Part shown: positions 8,390 to 11,543 of the stretch, piece after piece
Layout: every line of letters starts with the position of its first letter
Position numbering within the stretch: position 1 is the stretch's first letter
Assembly: GCA_040326155.1 (NCBI GenBank)
Contig: JBEQLE010000102.1
Location: 1-11,543 of the forward strand
Reading direction: 5' to 3'
DNA from: Leptospirales bacterium
GTDB taxonomy: Bacteria; Spirochaetota; Leptospiria; Turneriellales; JAOUFE01
DNA length: 11,543 bases
Made by a program: the position numbers and the translations under genes
Notes under the pieces: model-generated
The model's input: only the letters and a program-made list of their open reading frames with translations
Told to the model about the DNA's origin: nothing
Databases searched by the model: none

Positions 8390-8451
8390 AGGTTAATGAT
8401 AGTCACATTTGATACAATTGAAAGCATTATTTTATAAAATTACAGGCCATA

Positions 8452-8508
8452 GTTTAATAATAGTAAACTTTTTGTTGACAGGCTGCCGTATGTTTAATAT
8501 TATTAAAT
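8452..8508 (+). promoter_or_regulatory. Rightward sigma70 promoter overlapped by palindromic operators
   Basis: TTGACA (8475-8480), 17 nt, TATTAT (8498-8503). Operators GTTTAATAATAGTAAAC (8452-8468) and GTTTAATATTATTAAAT (8492-8508). RBS GGAG at 8530-8533. Confidence 0.75.
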
Positions 8509-8541
8509 TATCAAATCGAAAATGTTACTGGAGAGCACAAA

Positions 8542-8778
8542 ATGGCGTATCCCCCTGAATTTAGTATGAAAGCAAGTTCAACTTTGAGAAGAATTGCCTG
8601 GGCAGTCGGTAAGCGTATGACAAAAACTGCAGAAGATATTATGGATTTTCTACCGCAAGTGATTGATAAGAAACTTGTTTGTCAGAAATGCAGGGATAAA
8701 ACGAAATGTAAGGATTGTGTTTTCTTTGGCCGAGTTAGTATGAAGAATGCGAAGTTGATTAAGACGATTATTAAGTAG
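8542..8778 (+). CDS. Small basic protein with a putative ribbon-helix-helix-like N-terminus and a CxxC-x5-CxxC zinc-binding motif
   Basis: Good promoter and RBS. Motifs LRRIAWAVGK.MT and CQKCRDKTKCKDC. Mostly synonymous differences from the second copy support coding status. Confidence 0.8.
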   Translation: MAYPPEFSMKASSTLRRIAWAVGKRMTKTAEDIMDFLPQVIDKKLVCQKCRDKTKCKDCVFFGRVSMKNAKLIKTIIK

Positions 8779-8866
8779 TTTGGTTGGGGGGTTGGGGAGG
8801 CGCGTGTTTAGGTGCGCCTTCGGAGATTATATTTTGTATGGCGTGGAGGAGTCAGCTAGGGATGAG
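8556..8866 (+). repeat. About 300-bp direct repeat, copy 1 (Cys4 gene body and 3' region)
   Basis: Aligns by eye at roughly 90% identity with 9559-9864. Both copies end at CTAGGGATGAG. Confidence 0.95.
8796..8821 (+). terminator. GC-rich stem-loop after the Cys4 gene (possible terminator, no strong U tract)
   Basis: GGAGGCGCGT-GTTTAG-GTGCGCCTTC. Identical copy at 9796-9821. Confidence 0.45.
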
Positions 8867-9060
8867 ATGTCTCTTTAAAATAAATAATTGATCGAATGTC
8901 TCTTTAAATGTAAGTATCATTTGCTGTATAATATGATGTGAGACTCAAAGGTGCGCGTATTCGCGTCTGAGAGAATTAGAATCTGTTGAGTCTCTAGAAC
9001 AAGTTCATGCATGACTATTCTCGTACATAAAATGTCATATGGCAAAATACAAAAATCATT

Positions 9061-9465
9061 ATGAAAAAGAAAACCTATGAAATAGTGATGCATGCAAAGA
9101 TATATATATCAATTCTACTATTTTTAATATCCTCATTATTGCTGATTATCTCGGAAATGAGAGCTTTTCCAATATTTGCATTATTCATGTCAATTTTGAC
9201 GCTTGTTGGTGGCTCCAATTATGATTACAGTAAAGGATCAAATGCTACTACTGAGGTCAAACAAACAAATAAACGTTGGATAAATTTATCAATGAATATA
9301 GCAACACAACTATTAATTATTATTTTTATATATGGTTTGTTATTTCTTTTTGCTGCTCAGGAAACAACTACCGGAATAATCATTATAATAGTTTCGATAA
9401 TTCTACTGCTAGCAGTTCGAATGATTAAGAAAGATAATCTAAAAAAGTCTGTAAAAAAGTTATGA
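9061..9465 (+). CDS. Four-TM membrane protein, probably the N-terminal part of a frameshifted TM-TIR gene
   Basis: Four long hydrophobic segments. Its stop overlaps the start of a TIR-like sequence in the +1 frame. Confidence 0.7.
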   Translation: MKKKTYEIVMHAKIYISILLFLISSLLLIISEMRAFPIFALFMSILTLVGGSNYDYSKGSNATTEVKQTNKRWINLSMNIATQLLIIIFIYGLLFLFAAQETTTGIIIIIVSIILLLAVRMIKKDNLKKSVKKL

Positions 9466-9574
9466 TTTTATTATATCGCATGCATATGAAGATAAAGATG
9501 ATTTTGTAAGACCTTTAGTACAAGAATTACAAAATCTAGGCTTAAATGTATGGTATGATGAATTTACTTTAAAA
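9455..9574 (+). pseudogene. N-terminal fragment of a bacterial TIR domain
   Basis: Own translation from 9461: YDFIISHAYEDKDDFVRPLVQELQNLGLNVWYDEFTLK. Matches the bacterial TIR consensus YDVFISHASEDK..FVRPLA..L...G..VWYDEFTLK (AbTir/TcpC-type). No start codon of its own, and cut before the catalytic Glu. Confidence 0.9.
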
Positions 9575-9864
9575 GCGAGTTCAACTTTGAGAAGAATTGC
9601 CTGGGCAGTTGGTAAGCCTATGACAAAAACAGCAGAAGATATTATGGACTTTCTACCGCAAGTTATTGATAAGGAAATGGTTTGTCAGAAATGCCGTGAT
9701 AAAACGAAATGTAAGGATTGTGGTTTTTTGGCCGAGTTAGTATGAAGAATGCGAAGTTGATTAAGACGATTATTAAGTAGTTTGGTGGGGGTTGGGGAGG
9801 CGCGTGTTTAGGTGCGCCTTCGGAGATTAACTTTGTATGACGTGAGGGGTCGGCTAGGGATGAG
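9559..9864 (+). repeat. About 300-bp direct repeat, copy 2: 5'-truncated, frameshifted Cys4 gene copy
   Basis: In frame with the TIR fragment: KASSTLRRIAWAVGKPMT...CQKCRDKTKCKDCGFLAELV* (stop 9743-9745). 1-nt deletion near 9722-9728 relative to copy 1. Confidence 0.93.
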
Positions 9865-9879
9865 CGTTAATCGATGCGA

Positions 9880-10158
9880 CTAATTAGAAATGATATTCTT
9901 TATTAAAAATACAAAACCACCAATAAAAATAAATGTAATAAAAATAGCTACGAAATGAAGCAGAATTGACATTTCACCTTGAAGTGGTTGTTGCATAATT
10001 AGTGCTAGAATTACAGCTACAGGATGTGCCAACCATGAGAGAATTTCTGACCAAATCTCCCGGGCCTTCGGAGGGAGAAAGAAGGACACAGTGAATTCTA
10101 CGACCGCTAAAATAAAACCGATAGTACTGCCTAAAAATATAGCCCGACAATTTTTCAT
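9880..10158 (-). CDS. Small membrane protein (2-3 TM), candidate immunity protein
   Basis: Hydrophobic 92-aa ORF starting 2 nt after the stop of the DUF4157 gene. Confidence 0.65.
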   Translation of the reverse strand: MKNCRAIFLGSTIGFILAVVEFTVSFFLPPKAREIWSEILSWLAHPVAVILALIMQQPLQGEMSILLHFVAIFITFIFIGGFVFLIKNIISN

Positions 10159-10160
10159 AT

Positions 10161-11543
10161 CTATATACGGTGTATTTGCAAAGAACCCTTGTCTGTTTTA
10201 GAATTGCCGACTCCCCAGTTACCGGTTAATTTTCTCTCCCCACTTGAAAGAAAGTAACCTTTTCCAGACTGGTCCCCTAGAGACCAATTGAATTGAATAT
10301 GAATACCAGATATTGGCGATCGATTTGTCTCTGAATTAAAAAGATTTTTCCCACGCACGGTTGTTTGTTTGTAGTTTATAATACCATTCAAAATATTTCC
10401 GGTGACTTTCTTCCCCCCTTTTTTAAGAGACAAAGTACCGTTTGCCAAGCCGTCAATATTAGCGTTTAGAGTAATCGATAACTTTTCTTTATTTGACGAT
10501 GTACCGGCCCAATTTCCGCTTAATAAATTGGCCCAAACCTGCCTCCCGACACCCTCTTCATAAAAGTTTGGATTACTCTCTTCATTCCATTGTGAGGAGA
10601 TATATTTTGCCATTGAAAAAGTCATTGCAGGATTACTTATGAGGTCTTTATAAAACTTTCCCCCCTGTCTATTGGCTTCCAAGTCCGCATTTGAAAAAAC
10701 TCCAGTCGTAAGCAAGCCAAATCCACCACCTTCGGAACGTTCACTACTTTCCTCAGCCGCATTACTTCCCTCTTTCAATGCCTTAGTAAAATACGATGCT
10801 CCCTGCTGGAAAAAATGACCGAGTTTGTCGCTACCAATACAAACTCCTTTTACCTTCATAGTAGGGTTAAGGATGGGAAATGTGGATTGCATCCATATTA
10901 CATAATTCACACCAGCATATTTTGTTTTACCTTTTTCAGGTAGTGATAACTTAGTTGGTGATAAAGTGTTTGCCCAGACCTCTATAGCAGTACGACCTGT
11001 TTTTACATCTGCACCTAATTTGCCAAATATCCCTTTTGCAACCGTTAGTCCTTTAGGTGGTTTCCCTGAAACTTTTCTCGATGCATCCAATGACATGTTG
11101 ACTTTAGTGTCGATGTCACTCAACGTGTCTTTAAGTTTCGAACAGCCCAACACCGTGTCAACTTCGGCTTTTTGAAGCAATTTTTTATTACCTTGCTGCA
11201 CAGTATGTGTCAACTCATGAGCCATTAACCTTTTACCCTGAACACTATTGGGGGAGTACTCTCCAGCCCCAAAATATATATTATTACCGGTAGTAAATGC
11301 ACGAGCATTTACCGAACGTGAAAGTTGAGCGGCATTTGAATCTGTATGCAAACGTACATTGGCAAAGCTTGTACCGAAACGTGGATCAAAATAAGAACGT
11401 TCACTCGGTGAAAGGGCTTTTCCGCCACCATTGGTCGAATTAATCGCAGATTCAATCCCATACGGGGCAGGTGTAGACAATCCCTTTCGTTGGACAGAGG
11501 AATTGAGCGGTATCCTAACAGAGCCATGTCCTGTTGCAGTGTT
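10161..11543 (-). CDS. DUF4157 (eCIS core domain) protein with a toxin-like C-terminal region; 5' end lies outside the window
   Basis: DUF4157 signature GG..L....R.YF.PRFG..F..VRLHTD....A..VNARAFT.G..IYF..GEY.P....G.RLMAHELTHTVQQ. The frame stays open from 11480 to the window edge (NTATGHGSVRIPLNSSVQRKG). Confidence 0.9.
   Translation of the reverse strand, partial: NTATGHGSVRIPLNSSVQRKGLSTPAPYGIESAINSTNGGGKALSPSERSYFDPRFGTSFANVRLHTDSNAAQLSRSVNARAFTTGNNIYFGAGEYSPNSVQGKRLMAHELTHTVQQGNKKLLQKAEVDTVLGCSKLKDTLSDIDTKVNMSLDASRKVSGKPPKGLTVAKGIFGKLGADVKTGRTAIEVWANTLSPTKLSLPEKGKTKYAGVNYVIWMQSTFPILNPTMKVKGVCIGSDKLGHFFQQGASYFTKALKEGSNAAEESSERSEGGGFGLLTTGVFSNADLEANRQGGKFYKDLISNPAMTFSMAKYISSQWNEESNPNFYEEGVGRQVWANLLSGNWAGTSSNKEKLSITLNANIDGLANGTLSLKKGGKKVTGNILNGIINYKQTTVRGKNLFNSETNRSPISGIHIQFNWSLGDQSGKGYFLSSGERKLTGNWGVGNSKTDKGSLQIHRI

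Noticed and set aside
8782..8800. G-rich tract as a G-quadruplex
   Set aside because: Only a two-tier G4 is possible and part of the tract is used by the adjacent stem-loop. Its recurrence is explained by the duplication.
9453..9459. A-AAA-AAG slippery heptamer as a programmed -1 frameshift into the TIR domain
   Set aside because: The TIR sequence is in the +1 frame and the -1 frame stops after a short non-TIR peptide. A 1-nt insertion or sequencing error fits better.
1..11543. CRISPR array, integron attC array, tRNA/rRNA, integrase or transposase
   Set aside because: No regularly spaced repeats, no RYYYAAC...GTTRRRY palindromes recognised at cassette ends, no cloverleaf or T-loop, and no recombinase motifs in any ORF.

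Overview
An AT-rich accessory region, probably from a spirochete (inferred from the lipoprotein/OMP pair). The left part (1-3700) holds mostly broken defence and toxin-antitoxin genes: an addiction-module antitoxin/RelE-ParE remnant, a type II restriction-modification operon whose middle is replaced by an intact DUF3883 PD-(D/E)XK nuclease cassette bounded by 8-bp direct repeats, and an MNT-HEPN pair with a truncated HEPN. The middle holds a more GC-rich two-gene operon: an outer-membrane beta-barrel protein and a 945-aa lipoprotein with six Ig-like repeats. A structured direct repeat of at least 77 bp (1-77 and 7771-7847) brackets all of this. The right part has a phage-like divergent switch: an XRE repressor, palindromic operators and a small Cys4 protein. 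The Cys4 gene and its 3' hairpin recur about 1 kb downstream, fused in frame to a hidden, frameshifted and truncated 4TM-TIR gene that the ORF track misses. The window ends in a DUF4157 (eCIS-core) toxin-like gene with a candidate membrane immunity gene. No integrase, transposase, tRNA, rRNA or CRISPR array was recognised. All family assignments come from motif recognition by eye, not database searches.
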